Source of the DNA: an uncultured Oscillospiraceae bacterium
GTDB lineage: Bacteria; Bacillota; Clostridia; Oscillospirales; Ruminococcaceae
Assembly (NCBI GenBank): GCA_902478145.1
Contig: CABSJT010000001.1
Location: 5,671 to 69,670, forward strand
Length of the DNA stretch: 64,000 nt
Direction: 5' to 3'
The first letter of the stretch is position 1. Every line of letters starts with the position of its first letter. Under the pieces are notes generated by a model that searched no databases, was not told the origin of the DNA, and was given only the letters and a program-made list of their open reading frames with translations. A program made the position numbers and the translations under genes. Below, one piece after another: positions 20,988 through 30,814 of the stretch.

Positions 20988-21260
20988 TTTTATAGCTGTT
21001 TTTTTACTCCTTTTTCTGAATTCACTCACCGCTTTATCACAAAATCATCACACAAGCAGGGTATAATACGAATTGTTAAAGGGGGTAGTTCCCTTTAATT
21101 GATTAATGATGAATTAATCATAATTTCCTCTCCCAACATTTCATTTTAATCTTATTTCATTTCGCTTCATCATAGATGGAGCAACGTTCAGTAAGGACCG
21201 TAGGCTCTTGACTGAACTTTTTTTTTTACAATTTTATAACATCTGAAAGGCGGGACATAT

Positions 21261-21932
21261 ATGTACAAAATTTTAGTTGCTGATGATGAACAGAAAATAC
21301 GAGAGGTTATACGTGAATATGCCGAATTTGAGGGGCATGAGGTCTCGGAAGCCGTTGACGGAATGCAAGCGGTCGAAATGGCGAAAAACACGGATTATGA
21401 CATTATCATTCTCGATGTAATGATGCCTAAACTGGACGGATTTTCTGCCTGCAAGGAAATAAGAAAGTTTAAGAACACTCCCGTACTTATGCTGTCGGCA
21501 CGCGGAGAAGAATACGACAAGCTTTTCGGCTTTGAAATCGGGGCGGATGATTATGTTGTTAAGCCGTTTTCTCCAAAGGAAGTGCTTGCGCGTGTGAATG
21601 CGATAATAAAGCGCAATACTCCGACAGGAATTCAAAGCGACATAGTTAAGTTTGAGGGACTTGAAATAAACTTTACTGCCCGCAATGTTTTCATAGACGG
21701 CGAGCGCGCAAATCTTACCCCAAAAGAGTATGATTTGTTGTTTTATCTGGTTCGGAATAAAAATATTGCGCTGACAAGAGATAAGCTGCTCGCCGAGGTC
21801 TGGGGCTACGATTTCTTTGGCGATGACCGCACGATTGATACTCATATAAAAATGCTCCGAAATAATCTTGGCAAATATCGTAAATTTATTGTAACGCTTC
21901 GCGGAATGGGGTATAAGTTTGAAGTTCAGTGA
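21261..21932 (+). CDS. OmpR-family response regulator
   Basis: A receiver domain (ADDEQKIRE...DVMMPKLDG) is followed by a winged-helix domain (LTPKEYDLL). Confidence 0.9.
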   Translation: MYKILVADDEQKIREVIREYAEFEGHEVSEAVDGMQAVEMAKNTDYDIIILDVMMPKLDGFSACKEIRKFKNTPVLMLSARGEEYDKLFGFEIGADDYVVKPFSPKEVLARVNAIIKRNTPTGIQSDIVKFEGLEINFTARNVFIDGERANLTPKEYDLLFYLVRNKNIALTRDKLLAEVWGYDFFGDDRTIDTHIKMLRNNLGKYRKFIVTLRGMGYKFEVQ

Positions 21933-23391
21933 AAAAACCGATAGCGTATTTAATAGTATTCGGTTTAGGATATGGCTTATTCTGCTGCTTTTTTGTTCGG
22001 GAATATTGCTTTTTGTTTATTTCTCGCAGGTCGTTCTTATGCCTGTGATATATGAATATCTCAAAACGCAGGAAAGCGTTGAGACTTCGCTGGAAATAAA
22101 AAAGGTTTGGTATACCTCTGATTTCGTACAGGTACGAAAGACGGTTGAGAAAAACGCGCGTGTGAAACAGCTTGGCATACTTATCCATATCCCCGCAGAT
22201 GTTACCGGAGGATTGCCGCTCACATATTCTTGCGATTCGACAGGATCTTCGGTTTCTATCGACAGGCGCATAAGTGATGAAATGGTCGATGAACTTAAAA
22301 AATCCAAAACGGGAACTCTGTTTTTTCCGGTAAGAGAAGAAGATCGTCAATCGCTGCTGCTTGCGACATATGTTGAAACGTCGGAAGAAATCACGGGATA
22401 CATTTTTATATACACATACCTTGAGCCGACGGGGACTACTACTCAGATATTGAAGAGTATCTTTTTAATGTCATCAACCGTTCTGATTTTCTTCAGCTTA
22501 ATAGTTTCATTCTTTATTTCAAATCGCGTTGCACGTCCTATAGTTAACATTTCACGCTCGGCGAATAAGCTTATTAACGGCGAATTCAATATGCAGCCGC
22601 GAAAGAATGAATATTACGAAATAAAGATGCTTAAAGATAACCTGAATATGGCATCTACGGAAATTGCGCGTGTCGAAACCCTTCGAAAAGATTTGCTTGC
22701 GAATGTTTCGCATGATCTGCGTACTCCGCTTACTATGATTAAGGCTTATGCGGAGATGATACGCGACCTTTCGGGCGATAGTCCTGAAAAAAGAACCAAG
22801 CATTTGCAGGTAATTATTGATGAAACTGACCGTCTTACGCTTCTTGTTTCGGATATCCTTAATCTTTCAAAACTTCAGAGCGGAATGATCGACATGGATA
22901 TGAAGGTTATAAATTTCAGTTCGCATTTGCGCGAAATAGTATCGCGGTTTTCCATGCTTGAAAAAACTGAAGTTAATCTTGAAATGCAGGACGACATTTA
23001 TATCAGCGCAGACTCAAAGCAGCTCGGACAGGCGGTATATAATCTTATCATAAACGCAATAAACTATTCGGGCGAAGACATAGTAACGGTTCGTCTGCAC
23101 ACGATAAAGGGCGGAAAAGTTCGCTTTGAGGTTGCGGATTCGGGAATAGGAATACCCAAAGAGCAGCTTCCGTACATCTGGGAGCGGTATTATAAGGTCG
23201 ATCGCTCAGAAAATTACAAACGTGCGGTAAAAGGTACGGGGCTTGGCTTATCCATAGTTAAGGGCGTTTTCGAACGTCACGGATTTAACTACGGCGTAGA
23301 CAGCGAAGTTGGAAAGGGAAGCACATTCTGGTTTGAATGTCCGCAGGTGAAGATGAAGAATGTCGGTGCAGAAGTATCTGATGACAAGTGA
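21919..23391 (+). CDS. sensor histidine kinase (two TM, HisKA + HATPase_c)
   Basis: The H-box (LANVSHDLRTPLT) and the N/G boxes (NLIINAINYS, DSGIGIP, GTGLGLSIV) are present. Confidence 0.9.
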   Translation: MKFSEKTDSVFNSIRFRIWLILLLFCSGILLFVYFSQVVLMPVIYEYLKTQESVETSLEIKKVWYTSDFVQVRKTVEKNARVKQLGILIHIPADVTGGLPLTYSCDSTGSSVSIDRRISDEMVDELKKSKTGTLFFPVREEDRQSLLLATYVETSEEITGYIFIYTYLEPTGTTTQILKSIFLMSSTVLIFFSLIVSFFISNRVARPIVNISRSANKLINGEFNMQPRKNEYYEIKMLKDNLNMASTEIARVETLRKDLLANVSHDLRTPLTMIKAYAEMIRDLSGDSPEKRTKHLQVIIDETDRLTLLVSDILNLSKLQSGMIDMDMKVINFSSHLREIVSRFSMLEKTEVNLEMQDDIYISADSKQLGQAVYNLIINAINYSGEDIVTVRLHTIKGGKVRFEVADSGIGIPKEQLPYIWERYYKVDRSENYKRAVKGTGLGLSIVKGVFERHGFNYGVDSEVGKGSTFWFECPQVKMKNVGAEVSDDK

Positions 23392-24244
23392 AGATGAGGG
23401 CATTACTGTTGAAAGGTATCTCAGTCGCAGAGGTTTCAGTCGAGGTCTGCTTACGAAACTGAAACAATTTGAAGATGGCTTGCTTTGCAACGGTGGACAT
23501 ATCAGAACTATTGATATTCTTCACTCGGGAGATGTTCTGGAGGTAAACATTCGGGATAATTCAGATATTCCTCCAAACAGCAATCTGAATGTCCCCATAG
23601 CTTATGAAGACGATGAAATAGTCGTCTTTGATAAGCCGCCGTTTATGGCGGTGCACCCTTCTGTTCGTCACTATGATGATACGCTCGCAAATTATTTTTC
23701 GGCATTATATCCCGATATGGCTTTCAGGTGTGTTAATAGGCTGGACAGGAACACGTCTGGGCTTGTTGTGACGGCAAAAAATCGACCTGCCGCGTCATTG
23801 CTGACGTGTGGGGAGTGTCGTCCTAAAAAGACTTATTATGCGGTTGTACAGGGGGATTTATCGGCTGAATACGGCTGCTGCGGCGAGATAATTGCACCTG
23901 TCGCGCGCGTTTCTGAAAGTATAATAACCCGCGAGGTGAGAACTGACGGAAAGTATGCGCACACCGTTTTTAAAGTTATAGAGAGTGGTAAAAAAAGCTC
24001 GTTGGTCGAAATAACGCTCGTTACGGGGAGAACGCACCAAATAAGAGTGCATTTTTCATATATAGGTCATCCGCTGCTCGGTGATGAACTTTACGGCGGT
24101 GATATGTCACTTATAAACCGGCAGGCGCTTCATTGCGGAAAAGCAGAGCTTCTTCACCCTGTAACACGTGAAAAAATTGTCATAAATGCGCCATTGCCTG
24201 ACGATATGAGAGCGCTTTTGCAAAATCCAGCAATACAGATATGA
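23360..24244 (+). CDS. RluA-family 23S rRNA/tRNA pseudouridine synthase
   Basis: An S4-like N-terminus, the catalytic Asp motif (VNRLDRNTSGLVV), and HQIRVH are present. Confidence 0.85.
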   Translation: MSVQKYLMTSEDEGITVERYLSRRGFSRGLLTKLKQFEDGLLCNGGHIRTIDILHSGDVLEVNIRDNSDIPPNSNLNVPIAYEDDEIVVFDKPPFMAVHPSVRHYDDTLANYFSALYPDMAFRCVNRLDRNTSGLVVTAKNRPAASLLTCGECRPKKTYYAVVQGDLSAEYGCCGEIIAPVARVSESIITREVRTDGKYAHTVFKVIESGKKSSLVEITLVTGRTHQIRVHFSYIGHPLLGDELYGGDMSLINRQALHCGKAELLHPVTREKIVINAPLPDDMRALLQNPAIQI

Positions 24245-24621
24245 GAAACGGGCAATTCCCAAGACGCGGCGAATATGTTATTATAAGTATAGCAGAAACA
24301 GATGTAAATGAACCTCCACATTTGTCTTGCTGTTCGATAAATATTTGACGCATTTGCCGTAGGACTTTGTCCATGCGTGAAAAAATATCGACTATGCAAA
24401 TCTCCTAAGGAAGCGCTGAATAAATCGCGGCACGCATCTTACTTGCATATTTTCCGTCTTATTGCACGAAAACTCCTTGAAATACATCAAGTATTCCTGC
24501 GTCACTTTCGTGCAATCCTGGGGGCGGCTTCCGCCTGCGAAAAATCTGTCTGCGTAATCTGCATACCCGATTTAATCAGCACTTCCCTAAGTAAAACAAA
24601 ATTTAACCATTGGAACTCGTA

Positions 24622-24652
24622 AAACAGCTGCTTTCGGGCGGCTGTTTTTCGT
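24622..24652 (+). terminator. rho-independent terminator-like hairpin + T-tract
   Basis: AACAGCTGCtttcgggcgGCTGTTTTTCGTTTT. Confidence 0.45.
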
Positions 24653-24841
24653 TTTGTGTTTTTGATATAGCTGATATATCATATGTTATATATAATGTAT
24701 GAATATTTGAGTATACCAAATGAGTCGTAATTGTGATATAATAAAAAAGATAATGGAGAATTGAGTCGATATTTAACGAATAAATTTATAACATAATTTC
24801 ATTTTTCCGTTGGAAATATCTCAAAAAGGAGAGTATTAGAT

Positions 24842-25690
24842 ATGTATAGGATTGTCAGAAAGAAAATTCTGAACCCTACAGTTACGCAGATGGAAATTGA
24901 AGCTCCTCTGGTTGCCAAAAAAGCTAAACCGGGGCAGTTTATTATTCTTCGCGTTGATTCCGAGGGTGAAAGAATTCCGCTTACGGTTGCCGGCTGCAAT
25001 GCAGAAGAGGGAACTGTAAAGATCATTTTTCAGATTGTCGGAGCAACCACCGAAGCGCTTAATCACAAGTCTGAGGGCGAATTCATTCAGGACTTTGTAG
25101 GTCCTCTCGGCGTTGCTACACACACCGACGGTATAAAGAAAGTATGTATTATCGGCGGCGGTGTAGGCTGTGCTATTGCAATGCCTATTGCTGAGGAATT
25201 TCACAAGTTGGGCGTTGATGTAACCAGCATTATCGGTTTCCGCAGCAAGGATATTGTTATACTTGAAGATGAATTCGAAGAATATTCCGACCGTGTTGTT
25301 CTTATGACCGACGACGGTTCTTACGGACGTCACGGAAACGTAACGGTTCCGCTTAAAGAAATGCTTGAATCCGGCGAAAAATTCGATATGATTATCACTA
25401 TCGGTCCGCTTATCATGATGAAGTTTGTGGTTGCGACCGCGAAACCTTTTGATATTCCCGTAACAGTTTCGATGAATCCTATCATGATCGACGGAACGGG
25501 AATGTGCGGCGGCTGCCGGCTTACGTTAAATCAGGATGGCAAAAAAGTTATCAAATTTGCTTGCGTTGACGGACCGGATTTCAACGGATATGAAGTTGAT
25601 TTTGACGAGGCTATGTCGCGCGGAAGAATGTACTTTGATTTTGAACGTAAAGCGCACGAAAAAACCTGCAATCTTTTTAAGAACATATAA
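24842..25690 (+). CDS. nfnA: NADH-dependent reduced ferredoxin:NADP oxidoreductase small subunit (NfnA / sulfide dehydrogenase beta, PyrK-like FAD/NAD binding with [2Fe-2S])
   Basis: A 282-aa PyrK-like protein with a C-terminal Cys cluster (GMCGGCRL...FACVDGP). Confidence 0.8.
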   Translation: MYRIVRKKILNPTVTQMEIEAPLVAKKAKPGQFIILRVDSEGERIPLTVAGCNAEEGTVKIIFQIVGATTEALNHKSEGEFIQDFVGPLGVATHTDGIKKVCIIGGGVGCAIAMPIAEEFHKLGVDVTSIIGFRSKDIVILEDEFEEYSDRVVLMTDDGSYGRHGNVTVPLKEMLESGEKFDMIITIGPLIMMKFVVATAKPFDIPVTVSMNPIMIDGTGMCGGCRLTLNQDGKKVIKFACVDGPDFNGYEVDFDEAMSRGRMYFDFERKAHEKTCNLFKNI

Positions 25691-25702
25691 GGAGGAGAAA
25701 TA

Positions 25703-27112
25703 ATGGCTATCGAGCCTAAGAAACATGAAATGCCTACGCAGGACGCGAAGGCAAGAGCCTGCAATTTCAATGAAGTTGCACTTGGCTATACTGCGGAAAT
25801 TGCGGTTGATGAAGCGAATCGCTGTCTTAACTGCAAGAATAAGCCGTGCATCAGCGGCTGTCCCGTAAATATTGAAATTCCCGATTTTATTGACCACATT
25901 AAAAAAGGCGATTTCGAGGGAGCATATCAGGTGATCTCAAAGTCATCATCTCTCCCCGCTGTCTGCGGCAGAGTATGTCCGCAGGAATCACAGTGTGAAA
26001 GCAAATGTACTCTCGGAATTAAATTTGAACCCGTCGGAATAGGCAGACTCGAAAGATTTGTTGCCGATTGGCACAATGAAAATGCGAAGGAACTTCCTAA
26101 GAAGCCCGAATTCAACGGACATAAGGTTGCTGTTGTCGGTTCCGGCCCTTCGGGTCTTACCTGCGCGGGAGACCTTGCGAAGAAAGGTTATAAAGTTACT
26201 GTTTTTGAGGCGCTTCACACAGCGGGCGGAGTACTTGTGTATGGAATTCCCGAATTCAGACTCCCGAAAGCTATTGTAGCCAAGGAAGTAGAAACTCTGA
26301 AAGCTCTTGGCGTTGACATCGAAACAAATGTCGTTATAGGAAAGACGCTCACGGTTGACGAGCTTTTTGAGGACGGATTTGAAGCGGTATTTATCGGTTC
26401 TGGTGCAGGACTTCCTAAGTTCATGGGAATTGAAGGTGAAGGACTTAAAGGTGTATATTCCGCGAATGAATTCCTTACCAGAAGCAATCTTATGAAGGCT
26501 TACCGCGATGATTCGGCTACGCCGATTATGAAAGGCGGACGCGTTGCGGTAGTTGGCGGCGGAAATGTTGCAATGGACGCGGCAAGAACGGCTCTGCGTC
26601 TTGGCGCAGAGGTAAGCATAGTTTATCGCCGTTCAATGGAAGAACTTCCTGCGCGCCGTGAAGAGGTTGAGCACGCAATGGAAGAGGGTATTGATTTTAA
26701 GCTGCTTCACAACCCGGTGCGCATTATCGGATATGAAAATCCCGATGACCCTCGCGATCCCAAAAACGGTTTTGTTAAGGCTATCGAATGTATTCGCATG
26801 GAACTTGGCGAACCTGATGAAAAGGGACGCCGCCGCCCTGTGGAAATTCCGGGAAGCGAATTCACAATGGATGTTGACTGCGTTATAATGGCACTCGGAA
26901 CCTCTCCCAATCCGCTTATCAAGAACACCACGCACGGTCTTGAAACTCAGAAGTGGGGCGGAATTATCGTTGAAGAGGATACGGGTCTGACATCAAGAGA
27001 TGGCGTTTACGCCGGCGGCGACGCGGTAACCGGCGCTGCAACGGTTATTCTTGCCATGGGCGCGGGAAAGACCGCAAGCAAGGCTATTGATGAATACCTT
27101 AGTTCAAAATAA
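25703..27112 (+). CDS. nfnB: NfnB / glutamate synthase small-subunit-like (GltD family) FAD, NADPH and 2x[4Fe-4S] oxidoreductase
   Basis: N-terminal Cys motifs (CLNCKNKPCISGCP, CGRVCPQESQCE) are followed by two Rossmann motifs (VAVVGSGPSG, VAVVGGGNVA). Confidence 0.85.
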   Translation: MAIEPKKHEMPTQDAKARACNFNEVALGYTAEIAVDEANRCLNCKNKPCISGCPVNIEIPDFIDHIKKGDFEGAYQVISKSSSLPAVCGRVCPQESQCESKCTLGIKFEPVGIGRLERFVADWHNENAKELPKKPEFNGHKVAVVGSGPSGLTCAGDLAKKGYKVTVFEALHTAGGVLVYGIPEFRLPKAIVAKEVETLKALGVDIETNVVIGKTLTVDELFEDGFEAVFIGSGAGLPKFMGIEGEGLKGVYSANEFLTRSNLMKAYRDDSATPIMKGGRVAVVGGGNVAMDAARTALRLGAEVSIVYRRSMEELPARREEVEHAMEEGIDFKLLHNPVRIIGYENPDDPRDPKNGFVKAIECIRMELGEPDEKGRRRPVEIPGSEFTMDVDCVIMALGTSPNPLIKNTTHGLETQKWGGIIVEEDTGLTSRDGVYAGGDAVTGAATVILAMGAGKTASKAIDEYLSSK

Positions 27113-27243
27113 AACATATTTTTGGTATTGCACCTATGGTATATCGATAAATGCAATACTGATATGAAAAACAAGCAATTCCGAATACTGTCGGAATGTG
27201 ATACAATTATTATATCAAAAAGTAAAACTGAGGATGGTGCAAC

Positions 27244-28188
27244 ATGAACAAAATCTCCATTATCGGAACCGGCAGTGTCGGCTCCACAATCGCTTATTCC
27301 ATTGCCATGATGGGTATGGCATCGGAAATCGTAATGATCGACATTAACAGCGAAAAAGCGCTCGGTGAAGCGCTCGACATCAGACAGGGAACTCCTTTCT
27401 GCGCTCCCTGCTCGATTTATGCCGGCGATTATCCCGACGCGAAGGACTCCAACATTGTAATCCTTACTTCCGGTATGGCAAGAAAAGCGGGTCAGTCCCG
27501 TCTTGAACTTGCTCAGGTAAATATCGACATTACAAAAACGATTATCCCTGAAATTACAAAGTATGCTCCCGACGCTACATACATTATCGTTTCAAATCCT
27601 GTTGATATTCTGACCTATACTTTCCACAAGATATCCGGACTTCCTGAAAACCGCATTATCGGTTCCGGTACGATTCTTGATACTGCACGTCTTCGTGCGA
27701 GACTTTCCGAATACTACAATATCAGCCAGAACAACGTTCATGCTTATGTTTTCGGTGAGCATGGAGATTCCTCGTTTATTCCTTGGTCTGTTGCAAACAT
27801 TTCAAATGTTCCGATCAATGAGTGCCAGAACATTTTCTCCAGTTCTGATTTCACATATCCCGAGATCAACTATGCTGAAATTGAGGAATATGTAAGAAAG
27901 TCGGGCGGACGTGTTATCGCGCGCAAGGGCGCTACATTCTATGCTGTTTCAATGTCTGTATGTCACATATGTAAGTGCGTTCTCAGCGGTATTGATACAA
28001 CAATGACCGTTTCTACAATGATGCACGGTGAATATGGCATTGAAGACGTATGCCTCAGCACGCTTATCGCTGTCGGACGCAACGGTGTTCGCAATAAGGT
28101 AAACGTTCCGCTTACCGACGATGAAATTGCAAAGCTGCGTTATAGTGCTGACACCTTAAAGGATGTTATCAATAATCTTAAAATATAA
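27244..28188 (+). CDS. mdh: L-lactate/malate dehydrogenase family enzyme, probably malate dehydrogenase
   Basis: An LDH-like fold (ISIIGTGSVG). The substrate-specificity loop GMARKAGQSRLEL has Arg at the Q102-equivalent (MDH-like ARKPGMSR), although the GEHGDS motif is LDH-like. It sits immediately upstream of fumarase. Confidence 0.55.
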   Translation: MNKISIIGTGSVGSTIAYSIAMMGMASEIVMIDINSEKALGEALDIRQGTPFCAPCSIYAGDYPDAKDSNIVILTSGMARKAGQSRLELAQVNIDITKTIIPEITKYAPDATYIIVSNPVDILTYTFHKISGLPENRIIGSGTILDTARLRARLSEYYNISQNNVHAYVFGEHGDSSFIPWSVANISNVPINECQNIFSSSDFTYPEINYAEIEEYVRKSGGRVIARKGATFYAVSMSVCHICKCVLSGIDTTMTVSTMMHGEYGIEDVCLSTLIAVGRNGVRNKVNVPLTDDEIAKLRYSADTLKDVINNLKI

Positions 28189-28205
28189 AGAAAGGTGAAA
28201 ACAAA

Positions 28206-29582
28206 ATGGAATACCGTATCGAACATGACTCCATGGGCGAGATGAAGGTTCCTGCCGATCGCCTTTGGGCGGCACAGACGCAGAGAAGCCACGAGAATTT
28301 TAAAATCGGCGTAGATATCGAAACGATGCCGAGAGAAATTACACACGCATTTGGAATTCTCAAAAAGGCTGCAGCGCTTGCGAATTCAGAACTTAAACCC
28401 GAAAAGATGACTGCGGCAAAGCTCGCAGCTATTTCGGCAGCCTGCGATGAAGTTATTTCCGGAGAGCTCAACAGCCATTTTCCGCTTGTTGTATGGCAGA
28501 CAGGTTCAGGAACGCAGTCGAACATGAATGCTAATGAAGTAATTGCTAACCGCGCGAATCAGATTGCAGGCGAAATGCTTTGCCATCCCAACGATGACAT
28601 AAACATGAGCCAGTCGTCTAACGACACTTTCCCGACTGCGATGCATATTTCCGCCGTTCTCGCGATTGAAGACAAGCTTCTTCCCGCTGTCGAACTTCTT
28701 ATCGCCACTTTCAAGCGCCTTGAGGAAGAAAATGAAGGAATCGTTAAATCGGGACGTACTCACTTACAGGACGCAACTCCGATAAAGTTCAGCCAGGAAA
28801 TTTCTGGTTGGAGAAGCAGCCTTGAAAGAGACGCGGAGCTTCTCAGAATTGCGGTTAAGCCGCTTCACGAGCTCGCGCTCGGCGGAACGGCTGTAGGAAC
28901 AGGACTTAACGCGCCCGCAGGATTTTCCGAGCTTGTTGCCAAGAAGGTTGCCGAACTTACAGGCAAACCGTTTGTAACGGCTTTCAATAAGTTCCACGCG
29001 CTTACATCTAAAGACGAAATCGTTTTTGCTCACGGTGCTATAAAAGCTACCGCCTGTGACATGATGAAAATTGCTAACGACGTTCGCTGGCTCGCAAGCG
29101 GTCCGCGTGACGGTCTCGGTGAAATTCACATTCCCGAAAACGAGCCCGGCTCTTCTATCATGCCCGGCAAGGTAAATCCCACGCAGTGCGAAGCGGTTAC
29201 AATGGTTGCCGTTCAGGTAATGGGAAATGATGTTGCTGTTGGAATGGCTGCTTCTCAGGGTAATTTTGAACTTAATGTGTTCATGCCCGTGACAATATAC
29301 AATTTCTTGCAGTCTGCACGTCTTCTTGCTGAAGCAATCGTTTCGTTCAACAATAACTGTGCTGTCGGAATTACTGCTAACCGCGACAAAATGCACCATA
29401 ATCTTCACAATTCTCTTATGCTCGTTACGGCTCTCAATCCTTACATAGGCTATGAGAATGCCGCTAAGACAGCTAAAAAGGCTTATAAGGACAACATTTC
29501 CTTAAAGGAAGCGTGCGTTGAGCTTGGTTTCCTTACAGCAGAGAAGTTCGATGAAGTTTTCCATCCCGAACAGATGGTTTAA
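28206..29582 (+). CDS. fumC: class II fumarate hydratase
   Basis: The fumarase-specific N-terminus (LWAAQTQRS) and GSSIMPGKVNP are present. Confidence 0.88.
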   Translation: MEYRIEHDSMGEMKVPADRLWAAQTQRSHENFKIGVDIETMPREITHAFGILKKAAALANSELKPEKMTAAKLAAISAACDEVISGELNSHFPLVVWQTGSGTQSNMNANEVIANRANQIAGEMLCHPNDDINMSQSSNDTFPTAMHISAVLAIEDKLLPAVELLIATFKRLEEENEGIVKSGRTHLQDATPIKFSQEISGWRSSLERDAELLRIAVKPLHELALGGTAVGTGLNAPAGFSELVAKKVAELTGKPFVTAFNKFHALTSKDEIVFAHGAIKATACDMMKIANDVRWLASGPRDGLGEIHIPENEPGSSIMPGKVNPTQCEAVTMVAVQVMGNDVAVGMAASQGNFELNVFMPVTIYNFLQSARLLAEAIVSFNNNCAVGITANRDKMHHNLHNSLMLVTALNPYIGYENAAKTAKKAYKDNISLKEACVELGFLTAEKFDEVFHPEQMV

Positions 29583-29596
29583 TCCCAGCGAAAGGA

Positions 29597-30415
29597 ATGG
29601 TCAGAAAAATGAAAGTCAGCTATTTTCCCGGCTGTACTCTCCGAACCAAGGCTAAGGATCTTGATTTTTACGCGCGTAAATGTGCTGAGATTTTAGGCAT
29701 TGAAATGTGTGAAATCAAGAACTGGCAGTGCTGTGGCGGTGTTTTTGTAAGTGCAAAGGACGAGGTAGCTTCCAAGCTGCCGAGCGTCCGCGCTCTTGCT
29801 GCCGCAAGAGATGAAGCGCAGCCTCTTGTTACGGTGTGTTCAGCCTGTCATAATGTAATAAAGCAGACAAACCATGCCATGCGTACCGACGAACAGTTTG
29901 CCTCAAAAGCGAATATCTACATGGCGCAGGACAAAAATCCGACCGAGCCGTATCACGGCGAGACAGAGGTTTATCACTACCTTGAAATGCTCCGCGATAT
30001 TGTCGGATTTGATAAGATAAAGGAAGCGGTCGTAAAGCCGCTTACGGGTAAGAAAGTTGCGGCTTATTATGGCTGTATGCTGCTTCGTCCCGGAAAGGTA
30101 ATGAATTTCGACGATGTTGAAAATCCCCGCATAATGGAGGATTTTATTGCTGCGCTTGGAGCAGAACCTGTTGTTTATGCACAGAGAAATGAGTGCTGCG
30201 GCGGTTATATCGCTCTTGAAGACGCCGCTTCAGCTAAGAAAAAGTCGAACGCGGTAAGCGAAAGTGCGGCTAAAAACGGCGCTGAAATTATCGTTACAGC
30301 CTGTCCGCTTTGCAAGTACAATCTTGTAAAAAATGGCAGTGAAATCCCCGTAGTATACTTTACCGAGCTGCTCGCAGAAGCACTTGGTGTTAAGGAGGAT
30401 ACTCATGCAGAATAA
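29597..30415 (+). CDS. hdrB: heterodisulfide reductase subunit B-like (two CCG domains)
   Basis: Two CCG motifs are present (NWQCCGG, NECCGG), each with flanking Cys residues (FPGCT, YYGCM, VCSAC, CPLC). Confidence 0.8.
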   Translation: MVRKMKVSYFPGCTLRTKAKDLDFYARKCAEILGIEMCEIKNWQCCGGVFVSAKDEVASKLPSVRALAAARDEAQPLVTVCSACHNVIKQTNHAMRTDEQFASKANIYMAQDKNPTEPYHGETEVYHYLEMLRDIVGFDKIKEAVVKPLTGKKVAAYYGCMLLRPGKVMNFDDVENPRIMEDFIAALGAEPVVYAQRNECCGGYIALEDAASAKKKSNAVSESAAKNGAEIIVTACPLCKYNLVKNGSEIPVVYFTELLAEALGVKEDTHAE

Positions 30416-30797
30416 AACCGAACGTCAGAAGGAGCAGATACTTCGCATGAGCGGCGTAAATCCGCTTAAATGTATGCGCTGTGGAAAGTGCTCCGGCACA
30501 TGTCCTTCTTACGATGAAATGGAATATCATCCTCATCAGTTTGTTTACATGGTTGAAACGGGCGACATTGAAAGCCTTATGAAATCGGATTCGATATATA
30601 AGTGTCTTTCATGCTTTGCCTGCGTTGACCGCTGTCCCAGAGGTGTTGAGCCTGCAAAACTGGTTGAGGCTATCAGACTCACGGTTATTCGCCAAAAAGG
30701 CGCGAATCACCTCACGGCGAATGATATTCCCGAGCTTATCGACGAAGATATGCCTCAGCAGGCAATCATGAGCGCTATGCGCAAATATTCTAAGTAA
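30405..30797 (+). CDS. hdrC: heterodisulfide reductase subunit C-like (2x[4Fe-4S] ferredoxin)
   Basis: Two 4Fe-4S motifs are present (CMRCGKCSGTCP and CLSCFACVDRCP). The start is taken at ATG 30405 (AAGGAGG + 6 nt) rather than the track start. Confidence 0.75.
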   Translation: MQNKTERQKEQILRMSGVNPLKCMRCGKCSGTCPSYDEMEYHPHQFVYMVETGDIESLMKSDSIYKCLSCFACVDRCPRGVEPAKLVEAIRLTVIRQKGANHLTANDIPELIDEDMPQQAIMSAMRKYSK

Positions 30798-30814
30798 GAA
30801 AGGAGAAACAGACC

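Noticed and set aside
24377-24622. 81-aa ORF (MKKYRLCKSPKEALNK...) in the rluA-nfnA gap
   Set aside because: It has no RBS and arginine/leucine-rich low-complexity composition. It lies exactly over the inverted-repeat and terminator structures, so it is more likely non-coding.
24650-27243. Rex operator sites (TTGTGAA-N4-TTCACAA / TTGTTAA-N4-TTAACAA) upstream of nfnA, mdh, hdrB and the hydrogenase
   Set aside because: Only half-site-like fragments (e.g. TTGTGATATAAT) were seen by eye. There is a 7-bp palindrome ATTCCGA-N6-TCGGAAT at about 27198-27217, but it does not match the Rex consensus. A PWM scan is needed.
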